From assembly GCA_965223795.1 (NCBI GenBank), contig CBDCXL010000002.1, positions 1,824,001-1,888,000 on the forward strand: DNA of 64,000 bases, given 5' to 3'. Source of the stretch: Nitrospinales bacterium (GTDB taxonomy: Bacteria; Nitrospinota; Nitrospinia; Nitrospinales; VA-1). Every line of letters starts with the position of its first letter. Position 1 is the first letter of the stretch. Position numbers and translations under genes: made by a program. The notes beneath the pieces are model-generated. The model ran no database searches. It was not told the origin of the DNA and saw only the letters and a program-made list of their open reading frames with translations. Below, one piece after another: positions 1-9,139 of the stretch.

Positions 1-897
1 TCCGAGACGGTGCGCGGCGAGGGCGGCATCCTGCGCCTGCAAAACGGCCAGACCTTCATGGAAAAATACCACCCGCTCGGTTGCCTGGCTCCGCGGGACA
101 TCGTGGCCCGCGCCATCGATCACGAGATGAAGCAGAGCGGCGACGACTGCGTGTTTCTCGACGTGACGCACATCGAGGGCTACCGCAGCCGCGAGCGCTT
201 TCCCAATATCTACAAGACCTGTCTGGAATTCGGCTTCGACATGGCCAAAGAACCGATCCCCGTCGTTCCCGCGGCGCATTATATGTGCGGCGGGGTGGTG
301 GTGGACGCCAGCGGACAGACCAACATCAAACGGCTGCTGGCGAGCGGAGAGGTGTGCTATTCGGGACTGCACGGGGCCAACCGGCTGGCGTCCAACTCGC
401 TGCTGGAAGGGCTGGTGCTGTCGCACCGCGGCGTGGACCGGGCGGCGTCGCTGCTCATGCAGGACGGGGCGCTGGATCGGCTTTCCGGTTCGATTCCCAA
501 GTGGGACAGCGGCAGCGCGGTGGAGAGCGATGAGGAAGTGGTGGTCTCGCACAACTGGGACGAGATCCGCCGGCTGATGTGGAATTACGTCGGCATCGTG
601 CGTTCCAGCAAACGCCTGCAGCGCGCGCAACGGCGCATCCGGCTGCTGCTCGATGAAATTCAGGAATACTACTGGAACTTCAACATCACTAAAAACACGC
701 TGGAGCTGAGAAACATCGCCATCACCGCGGACCTCATCATCCGCGGCGCGATGGAGCGGAAAGAAAGCCGCGGCCTGCACTACAACCTCGACCATCCCGA
801 GACCGACGACGCGAACTGGAATCGTGACACCGTTTTCCAGGACGTCACGTCCCGTCCGATCCCCCAAAAACCTTCACGAGCGGTTCGCAATGAATGA
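1..897 (+). CDS. nadB: L-aspartate oxidase, 5'-truncated by window edge
   Basis: Motifs [53 protein letters not shown]; frame open from base 1. Confidence 0.95.
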   Translation, partial: SETVRGEGGILRLQNGQTFMEKYHPLGCLAPRDIVARAIDHEMKQSGDDCVFLDVTHIEGYRSRERFPNIYKTCLEFGFDMAKEPIPVVPAAHYMCGGVVVDASGQTNIKRLLASGEVCYSGLHGANRLASNSLLEGLVLSHRGVDRAASLLMQDGALDRLSGSIPKWDSGSAVESDEEVVVSHNWDEIRRLMWNYVGIVRSSKRLQRAQRRIRLLLDEIQEYYWNFNITKNTLELRNIAITADLIIRGAMERKESRGLHYNLDHPETDDANWNRDTVFQDVTSRPIPQKPSRAVRNE

Positions 898-3265
898 GAA
901 AACCCTTTCCATTTTCATCCGGGACTTCCTGGGCATTCTCGCCCTGGCGTTCACCGTGTTCGCCGTCCTCTCCCTGGTGACGTATTCCCCGGCCGATCCT
1001 TCGATCCACAACGCGGTCGCCGGCAAGACGGAAGTGAAAAATCTCGGCGGCCTGGTGGGCGCCTACCTTTCCGACACCCTGGTGCAGACGTTCGGAACCT
1101 GCGCGTTCTTTTTTCCCATCATCACGCTGATCGCCGGCTGGGCGTTGATCCGCGGCAAGGCGTTCGTGCACTGGCCGCTCATCTTTCTTTCGGGCGTGCT
1201 GTTTATCGGCAGCCTGTGCGCGCTGCTGGCGGTGCTGCTCGATACCGACCCCTATTTCGGCAAGCGGGTGCAGACGGGCGGATACGCGGGAACGGTGCTC
1301 GGCTATTACTCTCAGGCGTGGCTCAACAAAACGGGGGCGATCCTCACTCTCTCGACGCTGGTGTTCATGTCGCTGCTCGCCATGACGCGGACCCCTGTCA
1401 ACGTTCTGGTGGATCTTTTCAAAGGCGCGGTGGGCGCCGTTTTTGAATGGATCGGTGAGTGGGCGGCGGGCGTGATGGAGCGGATCGGGGAATGGTTCGG
1501 GGAAGTGCGGGCGGAACGCGCCGAGCGCGCCGAACAGCGCGCCGAAGAAAAGAAAAATGCACGGCCCAAGAAAGAGCCGGTGATCGTGACGCACACGCCG
1601 CCGGAGCCCGAGGCCAGCGCGGCGCTGGTGGAAACCAAGCCGAAGAAGAAAAAACAGCCGCCGAAAATCATAGAGACGCCGTTCACCGAAGAAGAATTCG
1701 TTGTGGAAGAGGACGAGGAGGAAGAAGAGGAGACCGGCGATTATCAGGTGCCGCCGCTGTCGCTGCTTGCGGATCCTCCCGAAAAAATGGATTCCGAGGA
1801 ACTGCGGGAAGAGATTCTGCACAACAGTTCGGTGCTGGAACAGAAACTCGCGGACTTCGGCATCGAGGGGCGCGTGGTGCAGGTGCTGCCGGGGCCGGTC
1901 ATCACGCTGTTTGAATTCGAACTGGCGCCGGGCATCAAGGTGAGCCGGATCATGTCGCTGTCGGACGATCTGGCGCTGGCCATGCGCGCCATGAGCATCC
2001 GCATCCTGGCGCCGGTGCCGGGGAAATCGGTGGTGGGCATCGAGATCCCCAACACGAAAAAGGAAACGGTTTATTTCAAGGAAATCATGTGCTCGGCGGC
2101 CTTTCACGAATCGGATTCGCCGCTCACGCTGGCCATCGGCAAGGACAACATCGGCCAGCCCATGGTGCAGGACCTGGCGACGGTGCCGCATCTGCTCATG
2201 GCCGGGTCCACCGGATCGGGCAAGAGCGTCGGGCTCAACTCGATGATCTGCAGCATCCTGCTGAACGCCTCTCCCGATGAAGTGAAGATGATCATGGTCG
2301 ATCCGAAAATGCTGGAGCTTTCCATCTACGACGGCATTCCGCACCTGATCGCGCCGGTGGTCACCAACCCGAAAAAAGCCGCGGCGGCGCTGCAATGGGC
2401 GGTCACGGAAATGGAAAACCGCTACAAGATGATGGCCAAGGCGGGCGTCCGCAATATCAAAGGGTACAACGAATACGTCGAATCGCTTTGGGAAGAGGAA
2501 GACGAGGAAGAAGAGGATGAGGAGGAGGAACTCGAAGAAGAGGCCTACGAAGACGAGGAAGGTGAAGAGGAAGAGGATGGGGACGAGGAGGAAGCCGAAC
2601 TTCCCGAGAAGCTTCCCTACATCGTGGTGCTGATCGATGAACTGGCGGACCTCATGATGGTCGCGTCCAAAGGCGTGGAAGAGTCGCTGACGCGGCTCGC
2701 GCAGATGGCGCGCGCGGCGGGCATTCACCTGATCGTCGCGACGCAGCGTCCTTCGGTGGACGTGCTGACAGGAATCATCAAGGCGAACTTTCCGGCGCGC
2801 ATCTCGTACAAGGTCACCTCCAGGGTGGACTCGAGGACCATTCTCGACTCGATGGGCGCGGACCGGCTTTTGGGCAAGGGAGACATGCTGTTCCTGGCGC
2901 CGGGCACGTCCAAGCTGATGCGCATCCACGGTGCGATGGTGAGCGACGCGGAGATCAACCGCATCGTCAGCGCCATCAAGCAACAGAAAAAACCGGACTA
3001 TCAGGAAGAAATCTTCGATGCCGTGCAGGCGGAAGGCAAGTCCGAGGATGAAAACGAAGAGTTCGATGAGAAGTACGATGAAGCGGTGGCCATCGTGGCC
3101 AAGGACCGCCAGGCTTCCATCTCTTACATACAGCGTCGACTTCGGATCGGCTACAACCGTGCCGCCCGGATTATAGAAACCATGGAAAAAGAGGGCGTGG
3201 TGGGTCCCTCCGATGGGGTCAAACCGCGTGAAATCTATGTCAAACCGATACTGCTCGAAGAATAA
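890..3265 (+). CDS. ftsK: DNA translocase FtsK/SpoIIIE (4TM N-terminus, motor, gamma domain)
   Basis: N-terminal TM helices, Walker A GSTGSGKS, Walker [23 protein letters not shown], gamma domain [21 protein letters not shown] at 890 overlaps nadB end. Confidence 0.97.
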   Translation: MNEKTLSIFIRDFLGILALAFTVFAVLSLVTYSPADPSIHNAVAGKTEVKNLGGLVGAYLSDTLVQTFGTCAFFFPIITLIAGWALIRGKAFVHWPLIFLSGVLFIGSLCALLAVLLDTDPYFGKRVQTGGYAGTVLGYYSQAWLNKTGAILTLSTLVFMSLLAMTRTPVNVLVDLFKGAVGAVFEWIGEWAAGVMERIGEWFGEVRAERAERAEQRAEEKKNARPKKEPVIVTHTPPEPEASAALVETKPKKKKQPPKIIETPFTEEEFVVEEDEEEEEETGDYQVPPLSLLADPPEKMDSEELREEILHNSSVLEQKLADFGIEGRVVQVLPGPVITLFEFELAPGIKVSRIMSLSDDLALAMRAMSIRILAPVPGKSVVGIEIPNTKKETVYFKEIMCSAAFHESDSPLTLAIGKDNIGQPMVQDLATVPHLLMAGSTGSGKSVGLNSMICSILLNASPDEVKMIMVDPKMLELSIYDGIPHLIAPVVTNPKKAAAALQWAVTEMENRYKMMAKAGVRNIKGYNEYVESLWEEEDEEEEDEEEELEEEAYEDEEGEEEEDGDEEEAELPEKLPYIVVLIDELADLMMVASKGVEESLTRLAQMARAAGIHLIVATQRPSVDVLTGIIKANFPARISYKVTSRVDSRTILDSMGADRLLGKGDMLFLAPGTSKLMRIHGAMVSDAEINRIVSAIKQQKKPDYQEEIFDAVQAEGKSEDENEEFDEKYDEAVAIVAKDRQASISYIQRRLRIGYNRAARIIETMEKEGVVGPSDGVKPREIYVKPILLEE

Positions 3266-4151
3266 ATTCATTCTCAAGGGTTTCTCTGTGGCGGCGGCAA
3301 CGGCACTTCTGATCGGCTTTGTGTTCCCGTTTCAGGGACAGGCGGGTGTCTACACCTGGAAGGACGCCAATGGCAAAGTGCACTACACGGACAAGCTGCA
3401 TAAAATCCCGCCGCAATACCGCAGCAAGGACAAGGGGTTCAAGAAATTCAAAAACGCCCGGCCGGCGGCGCGTGTGCCCGGCATGCAGATGCCGACACCG
3501 GCGAGCCTGACCCCCGGCGTGTTTCAGAAACAGGAGCATGTGATTCCCCTGATCCCGACGCGCGGCGGCAACTTCATGGCCGAGGTGGTGCTGAACGACA
3601 AGGTGACGGCGCATCTGATGGTCGACACCGGCGCTTCGCTGGTGACGCTTTCCAAGGAGGTGGGCGAGCGGCTCGGGTTCACTTCTTTCCGGGACAAGCC
3701 GCAGATCCCCTTCAACACGGCGGGCGGCACCGTCTGGATGCCGATGATCGCACTCGACACGGTGCGTGTCGGCAACGCGGAGGTGAGCCTCGTCGAGGCG
3801 AGCCTCAACGACAAGATGGGCGACCTCGACGGTCTTCTGGGCATGAGCTTTCTCGGAGATTACCGGGTGGAGATGGATCAGGCGCGATCGCGCATGGTCC
3901 TGCGTCCTCTTGGAGATCCCGCGGAAGAGGCCTGGGACGGGAAAACCGCCATGTGGTGGAAATCGCGTTTTCTGAACTACACCAACAAGATCCGCGATTT
4001 CGAGACGGAAGCCGGGCGGCTGCAGAAAGCGCACCACCCGCAGGCGGACAAGATGTTCAAAATGGTCGGCTTCTACAAGGACCTGCACCGCAAGCTCGAC
4101 CTCAGGGCCTCCAAGGCCGGGGTCCCGATGATATACCGTTCTTACCGTTGA
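3237..4151 (+). CDS. Exported retropepsin-like (clan AA) aspartyl protease with N-terminal DUF4124-like domain
   Basis: Signal-like hydrophobic stretch, VYTWKDANGKVHYTD (DUF4124-like), catalytic VDTGAS and LLGMSFL; start codon uncertain. Confidence 0.85.
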   Translation: MSNRYCSKNKFILKGFSVAAATALLIGFVFPFQGQAGVYTWKDANGKVHYTDKLHKIPPQYRSKDKGFKKFKNARPAARVPGMQMPTPASLTPGVFQKQEHVIPLIPTRGGNFMAEVVLNDKVTAHLMVDTGASLVTLSKEVGERLGFTSFRDKPQIPFNTAGGTVWMPMIALDTVRVGNAEVSLVEASLNDKMGDLDGLLGMSFLGDYRVEMDQARSRMVLRPLGDPAEEAWDGKTAMWWKSRFLNYTNKIRDFETEAGRLQKAHHPQADKMFKMVGFYKDLHRKLDLRASKAGVPMIYRSYR

Positions 4152-4198
4152 ACCTGAAAGCGGGCGCGGAGCGTAAATCGACGCGCTGCCTCTGAATC

Positions 4199-4984
4199 AT
4201 GGAACACGACTCCCGGCCCGCCTCACGCAAACCGGACGCTCCGGTTTTGTTCGTGCTGATGGGAGCCAGCAATCTCCACCGCGGCCACGTGTCGCTGGTG
4301 GAGGGCCTCACACGGTCGCTTTCTCCCCGCAAAGTAAAATTTCTCACAGCCCTGGGGCCGGGTCGGGCCTACTGCGCGGAAGGCGGCATGCTGTCGATCC
4401 GCTACCCGGCGATCGGAACGTGCGGCATTGTGGAAGCGGCGAAGCGGCAAAGGCCCGCGGGCGGACGGGTGGTGGCGCTGGTCACCGATATCGGCTCCGA
4501 TATCATGTACAATGTGCCCGTCGCAACGATCTGCTCCACCCTGGAGCGGATTTTCCAGGAATTGATGGCTCTGGACGCCGATGTGTTCGTGACCGAAATC
4601 CCGGTGGATATGAAAAGGGACGTCTCGCCTTTGCAGTTCACTCTCATCAAACGCCTGTTCTATCCGTTCAGCCCGTTGCGTTTCGAGACGGTGGGCGAGG
4701 CGGTCGAATCGATCAATGCGTTTGTCCGCCGCTCGGCAAAGGGGCGCGTACACCTGCTTCCCAACATGCAGCCGCACTGCGGCTGGGATAAAATCCATTA
4801 CGCAACGTTCCAATGCCACCGGGTCTGGAACCAGGTGGCTGCCGAATTGCTCGCGGCGCTGGATGCAACCCCCGCCAGGGCCATCGGGCCGGGTTCCATC
4901 GCGCGGTCCATGATCTCGGGCATGAGCCGCCTGTTGTTTTGCGATTTCGTGCCGATCCGCAAAAAAGCGCCCGGCCTGTTTTGA
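4199..4984 (+). CDS. SGNH/GDSL-like hydrolase
   Basis: VLMGASN (block I-like Ser), DIGSD (block III-like), DKIH (DxxH). Confidence 0.65.
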   Translation: MEHDSRPASRKPDAPVLFVLMGASNLHRGHVSLVEGLTRSLSPRKVKFLTALGPGRAYCAEGGMLSIRYPAIGTCGIVEAAKRQRPAGGRVVALVTDIGSDIMYNVPVATICSTLERIFQELMALDADVFVTEIPVDMKRDVSPLQFTLIKRLFYPFSPLRFETVGEAVESINAFVRRSAKGRVHLLPNMQPHCGWDKIHYATFQCHRVWNQVAAELLAALDATPARAIGPGSIARSMISGMSRLLFCDFVPIRKKAPGLF

Positions 4985-5001
4985 GGCCTGGAGCCGCTCT
5001 C

Positions 5002-5784
5002 ATGGGTATCCTGCGCGCCGTCCTCCGCACCGTTTTCCTTGTCACAATGTATTTTCTGTTTGCGCTGACCGGTGTGCTTGTCCTGCCGCTGCGTTTTTTC
5101 TCCTCTAAGCGTCATCTCAAGGTGCTCACGGTGCTGACCCGCGCCTGGGCTGTGGTGTCCTGCATCGGGTTCAATATCCGGGTGCGGGTCGAGGGGAAAC
5201 GCCAGATTGCTCCGGGTTCGCTGATCGTGTCGAACCACGTGGGCACGCCGGACATCTTCGTTCTGGGCTCGTGCTTTCCGGCGTTTTTCGTTTCCAAATC
5301 CGAAATCGCAAACTGGCCGCTGTTCAACCTTATGGCCCGTCTGGGCTGCACGGTTTTCGCCGAGCGCGCCCGCAGGCAGCAGGTTGCCGAGCTGGTCGAA
5401 AAAATCCGGGAACGTTTGAACAGCGGCTGTTCCGTGATTCTGTTTCCCGAAGGCGGCGCCACCGACGGGGCGGATGTGATCGCGTTCAAGTCCTCGCCTT
5501 TCGAGGCGGCGGCGCAGTCCGGCTCGCCAGTGGTGCCGGTGACCATCCTGTATCACGACGGCAACCGCCCTTCGGTGGCCTGCTGGTACTACATGACGTT
5601 TTTCAGGCATATCCTGAGGCTGCTCAAGCAGCCCCGGCTCGATGCCACCTGCATCGTCCATGCTGAGGTCCACGGTGAAGCCGACCGGCGCCGGCTGGCC
5701 GAGACCAGCCGCGCCCGCATCCGGGAGGCGCACCGGGCCCGCACGGGGGCCGGAAATACCGATACGGGTGCAGGCGCTTCGTGA
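5002..5784 (+). CDS. Lysophospholipid (1-acyl-sn-glycerol-3-phosphate) acyltransferase, PlsC family
   Basis: NHVGTPD (HX4D), FVSKSE, LFPEG, PVVPV motifs; ATG at 5002. Confidence 0.9.
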   Translation: MGILRAVLRTVFLVTMYFLFALTGVLVLPLRFFSSKRHLKVLTVLTRAWAVVSCIGFNIRVRVEGKRQIAPGSLIVSNHVGTPDIFVLGSCFPAFFVSKSEIANWPLFNLMARLGCTVFAERARRQQVAELVEKIRERLNSGCSVILFPEGGATDGADVIAFKSSPFEAAAQSGSPVVPVTILYHDGNRPSVACWYYMTFFRHILRLLKQPRLDATCIVHAEVHGEADRRRLAETSRARIREAHRARTGAGNTDTGAGAS

Positions 5785-5918
5785 TGCCGGACTTGTCTAT
5801 TTACGGAAACGTGTTTTAATAAGGGCCTCAAAAATTCCCCTGTTTCCGGCGGGCTGCCGTTGTTTCGCGCCTGGAAACGGATCGTCATGACGCAAAACCT
5901 TAAAATCGGAACGCAACG

Positions 5919-6425
5919 ATGATTCATCCCTTCAAGGAAAAGACCCCCAAGGTGGATTCCTCCGCCCTCATCATGGAAAGCGCGCAGGTGATCGGCGATG
6001 TGGAAATCGGCGAGGAAAGCAGCGTGTGGTTCAACGCGGTCGTGCGCGGGGACGTCAATTACATCCGCATCGGCAACCACACCAACATTCAGGACGGCTG
6101 CGTGCTGCACGTGGCGCGCAAGACCCATCCTCTGATCGTCGGCGACGAAGTCACCGTCGGACACAATGTGACGCTGCACGCATGCACGATCGGGCCGCGC
6201 TGTCTCATCGGCATGGGGGCGATCGTGATGGACGGTGCGGAGATCGGGGAAAATTCCATCGTCGGGGCGGGAGCCCTGGTCACTTCAGGAACCAAGGTTC
6301 CCCCCAACAGCATGGTGCTGGGTTCTCCCGCAACGGTGAAGCGTACGTTAACCGAGGCGGAGATCCGCGGCATCCGCGAATCGGCGGCGCATTATGTGGG
6401 CGACATCGAAACGTATCTGGATTGA
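5919..6425 (+). CDS. Gamma carbonic anhydrase family protein (YrdA/PaaY-like)
   Basis: Hexapeptide repeats; VRGD, NIQDGCVLH, VTVGH, LHAC zinc-ligand motifs. Confidence 0.93.
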   Translation: MIHPFKEKTPKVDSSALIMESAQVIGDVEIGEESSVWFNAVVRGDVNYIRIGNHTNIQDGCVLHVARKTHPLIVGDEVTVGHNVTLHACTIGPRCLIGMGAIVMDGAEIGENSIVGAGALVTSGTKVPPNSMVLGSPATVKRTLTEAEIRGIRESAAHYVGDIETYLD

Positions 6426-6461
6426 GTTTTGTGATCGCGGAGCGGGAATGACGATCGAACG

Positions 6462-7337
6462 ATGAAAGCGACGTGGGCGGTGATCGGCGGCAGCGGCGCA
6501 TACCGGCTGCTTGCGGAAGGCGCGCTGGGCGAGGAAAAAGAATGCGCGCAGCTGGATACGCCGTTCGGAAAGAGCGCCCCCATGCACCGCTACGCATTCG
6601 CCGGACGGGATTTTCTGTTTTTATCGCGGCACGGGGAAGAGGATTATTCCATCACCGCTCCCTTCGTCAATTACCGCGCCAACATCTACGCGCTCAAGGA
6701 ATGCGGGGTCGAGCGCATCGTGGCCTGGTCGGGGCCCGGCATCATCGCCACAAAATACAAGCCGGGGGAATTCGTCGTCCCGCACGATCTCATCGACGAG
6801 ACCCGCACCCGCGAATCGACTTTTTTTAAAAACAAAGGCATCGGTTTCATCCGGCAGAACCAGCCGTTCTGCCCGGAAATCCGCTGGGCGCTGCACGAGG
6901 CGGTGCACAACAGCGGCCTTTCGCACCACGAGGAAGGTGTCTACGTGTGCACGGAGGGTCCGCGGCTGGAGTCGGCGGCGGAAATCCGCAAATTCCGCAT
7001 TCTGGGAGCGGATCTGGTGGGCATGACGCTGATTCCGGAAACCTTTCTCGCGCGGGAGCTGGAGATGTGCTACGCCCCGGTCTGCTACCTCACGAATTAT
7101 GCGGAAGGGGTGGTGCCGAGGGGCTTCGAATCGGGCAAACTGTTCGAAGGCATGCAGAACGAAACGGAGAAAAAACAGGTGGACGCCGCCATCGCCCGGT
7201 TCCCAGGCGTTATCGCTCTGTGCTTCGAGCATCTCAAGGAACTGGAACGCAACTGCGACTGCAAGGACGCGATGCGCCGTTACAAGGACAAGGGCATGAT
7301 CGATGAGGACTGGCATGGCTGGATCGGCCCTCCCTGA
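6462..7337 (+). CDS. MTAP-family purine nucleoside phosphorylase (possibly methylthioinosine phosphorylase)
   Basis: VIGGSG, LSRHG, NYRANIYALK, EGPRLES, VGMT, TNYA motifs. Confidence 0.9.
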   Translation: MKATWAVIGGSGAYRLLAEGALGEEKECAQLDTPFGKSAPMHRYAFAGRDFLFLSRHGEEDYSITAPFVNYRANIYALKECGVERIVAWSGPGIIATKYKPGEFVVPHDLIDETRTRESTFFKNKGIGFIRQNQPFCPEIRWALHEAVHNSGLSHHEEGVYVCTEGPRLESAAEIRKFRILGADLVGMTLIPETFLARELEMCYAPVCYLTNYAEGVVPRGFESGKLFEGMQNETEKKQVDAAIARFPGVIALCFEHLKELERNCDCKDAMRRYKDKGMIDEDWHGWIGPP

Positions 7338-7400
7338 CAAACCGCAGCCGGGCCGTCACCGGCCCCCAATCTGAAAACCCTCAACCATAAAAATCCTATC

Positions 7401-8330
7401 ATGGCCAATCCTTCATCGAAAAAAGCGATTTTCGCCGCTCTGATCGGAAACTCGCTGATCGCGATCACCAAGTTCGGCGCGGCCACGTACACGGGCAGCT
7501 CCGCGATGTTCAGCGAGGCGGTGCATTCGCTGGTGGACACCGGCAATCAGGGGCTTCTGCTTTATGGAATGAAAAAGGCCAAGCGCCCGGCGGACAAGTC
7601 GCATCCGTTCGGCTACGGCATGGAGCTTTATTTCTGGAGCTTCGTGGTGGCCATCCTGATTTTCGGACTGGGCGCCGGAATCTCCGTTTATGAAGGCATT
7701 CATAAAATCCAGCATCCGGAAGCGATGACGAATCCGATGATCAATTACATCGTTCTGGCGCTGGCGATGGTGTTCGAGGGCGTGGCCTGGACGGTGGCGT
7801 TCAAGGAATTCAAGAAAACCCAGGGCAAATTCAATCTGCTGGCGGCGGTGCGCCGCAGCAAGGACCCGACGCTGTTCACGGTGCTGTTCGAAGACACTGC
7901 GGCGATGCTGGGACTGATCGTGGCCATGGTCGGCATTTTCCTGGCGCAGAAACTCAACCTGCCGGTTCTGGACGGCGTGGCGTCGGTGATGATCGGGTTG
8001 ATCCTCGCGATCACGGCGTGTTTTCTGGCGATCGAATGCAAGGGGCTTCTGGTGGGCGAGGCCGCCAGCGAACGCGTGGTTTCCGGCATCCGCACCATCC
8101 TCACGGAAAATCCGCACATCTTGAACGTCAACGAGGTGCTCACGGTGCACTTCGGTCCGCACGACGTGCTGTTGAACGTCAGCCTGGATTTCAAGGACCA
8201 GATGTCCTCGCAGCAGGTGGAGGAAGCGGTGACGCTGATGGAATCGCAGATCAAGAAGGATTACCCGGAGGTCAAGCGGGTGTTCATCGAGGCGCAGAGC
8301 TGGCTGGCGCAGCCGCGTGACCCGATGTGA
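7401..8330 (+). CDS. Cation diffusion facilitator family transporter
   Basis: SSAMFSEAVHSLVD, HPFGYG, EDTAA, about 6 TM helices and C-terminal cytosolic domain. Confidence 0.95.
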   Translation: MANPSSKKAIFAALIGNSLIAITKFGAATYTGSSAMFSEAVHSLVDTGNQGLLLYGMKKAKRPADKSHPFGYGMELYFWSFVVAILIFGLGAGISVYEGIHKIQHPEAMTNPMINYIVLALAMVFEGVAWTVAFKEFKKTQGKFNLLAAVRRSKDPTLFTVLFEDTAAMLGLIVAMVGIFLAQKLNLPVLDGVASVMIGLILAITACFLAIECKGLLVGEAASERVVSGIRTILTENPHILNVNEVLTVHFGPHDVLLNVSLDFKDQMSSQQVEEAVTLMESQIKKDYPEVKRVFIEAQSWLAQPRDPM

Positions 8331-8357
8331 ATCCTGCCGGTTATGTGCAGGACCTGC

Positions 8358-8774
8358 TCAGAATTCGCTAGCGGGTACCTTTTTGCCCAGCACTTCCAGG
8401 ATGGCCTGGGTCAGGCGGCGGAAGTCGACGGGGATGGAAAGGAAGCGGGCGACGCCTTCCTGTTCGGGAGGATGGGACAGGTTGCTTTCCTCCGGATCGA
8501 TGAGCATGATGATGGGCAGCTCGCGGAAATCCGGATGGCTCTTGATGGTGTTCACCAGCTCGGCGCTGCTGATATCGAGCCGGTACCAGCAGGAGATGAT
8601 GAGGTCGAACCTGCTGCGCTTTAAGTAGTCCAGCATGCAGCGTCCGTTGACGGCCATCTCGACGGAATCGAATCCCTGTTTCTTGAGTCCCGATAGCACA
8701 TGCAAACTGAACAGGGACTGGTCGTCCACCAGCAGGATCTTCGCATCGTCGCTCAAGGAGGTCTGTCCGTTCAT
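8358..8774 (-). CDS. CheY-like single-domain receiver protein, degenerate active site
   Basis: ILLVDDQ...FDLIISCW...LPIIML receiver fold; ATG at 8774 chosen over the longer ORF start. Confidence 0.75.
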   Translation of the reverse strand: MNGQTSLSDDAKILLVDDQSLFSLHVLSGLKKQGFDSVEMAVNGRCMLDYLKRSRFDLIISCWYRLDISSAELVNTIKSHPDFRELPIIMLIDPEESNLSHPPEQEGVARFLSIPVDFRRLTQAILEVLGKKVPASEF

Positions 8775-9040
8775 GATTTGAATCCGATCGGCGCGGAAAC
8801 CACCCTCCAGGAGGTACCGGAGGAGGAGACTAACCTCAAACCTGGAGGGTGGGATCCGCAATGATAAATATATGAAATTCAAGGTTCCGGGCCCACACAG
8901 GATGGCAGGGGACTGTGGCGGAATGGTCAAGGTCGTGTCACGATTGTATGAAGATTGAGGCTTTGCCGGAGAGCCGGATGGTGTTGATAAAAGGCGAATT
9001 GTGACATTGCGCCGCGGCGGGCAAGCAGCGGCGCGGATGT

Positions 9041-9075
9041 AAAAAACCGGAGGCGGAAACGCCTCCGGTTTTTTT
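9041..9075. terminator. Bidirectional intrinsic terminator
   Basis: A6-CCGGAGGCG-gaaa-CGCCTCCGG-T7, perfect stem with GAAA loop. Confidence 0.9.
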
Positions 9076-9139
9076 GTGGCGAATGCGGGTGCCGAACCCG
9101 GGCGGAGTCCGTGCACTCGCGGATCGCGGCGCCGCGTTT

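Noticed and set aside
845..3277. 810-aa antisense ORF opposite ftsK
   Set aside because: Shadow ORF from GC-rich codon bias; no recognisable motifs and mirrors a well-supported gene.
8770..8925. Possible 6S RNA (long stem plus CAGTCCCCTG and ACCTTGAA on the - strand)
   Set aside because: No convincing closing stem, it would overlap the downstream start codon, and the usual zapA / formyl-THF cyclo-ligase context is absent.
8941..9000. GCAAAGCCTC on the - strand resembling part of a c-di-GMP-I riboswitch
   Set aside because: The upstream GGCAAAC...GAAA hairpin and the P1 pairing are missing.
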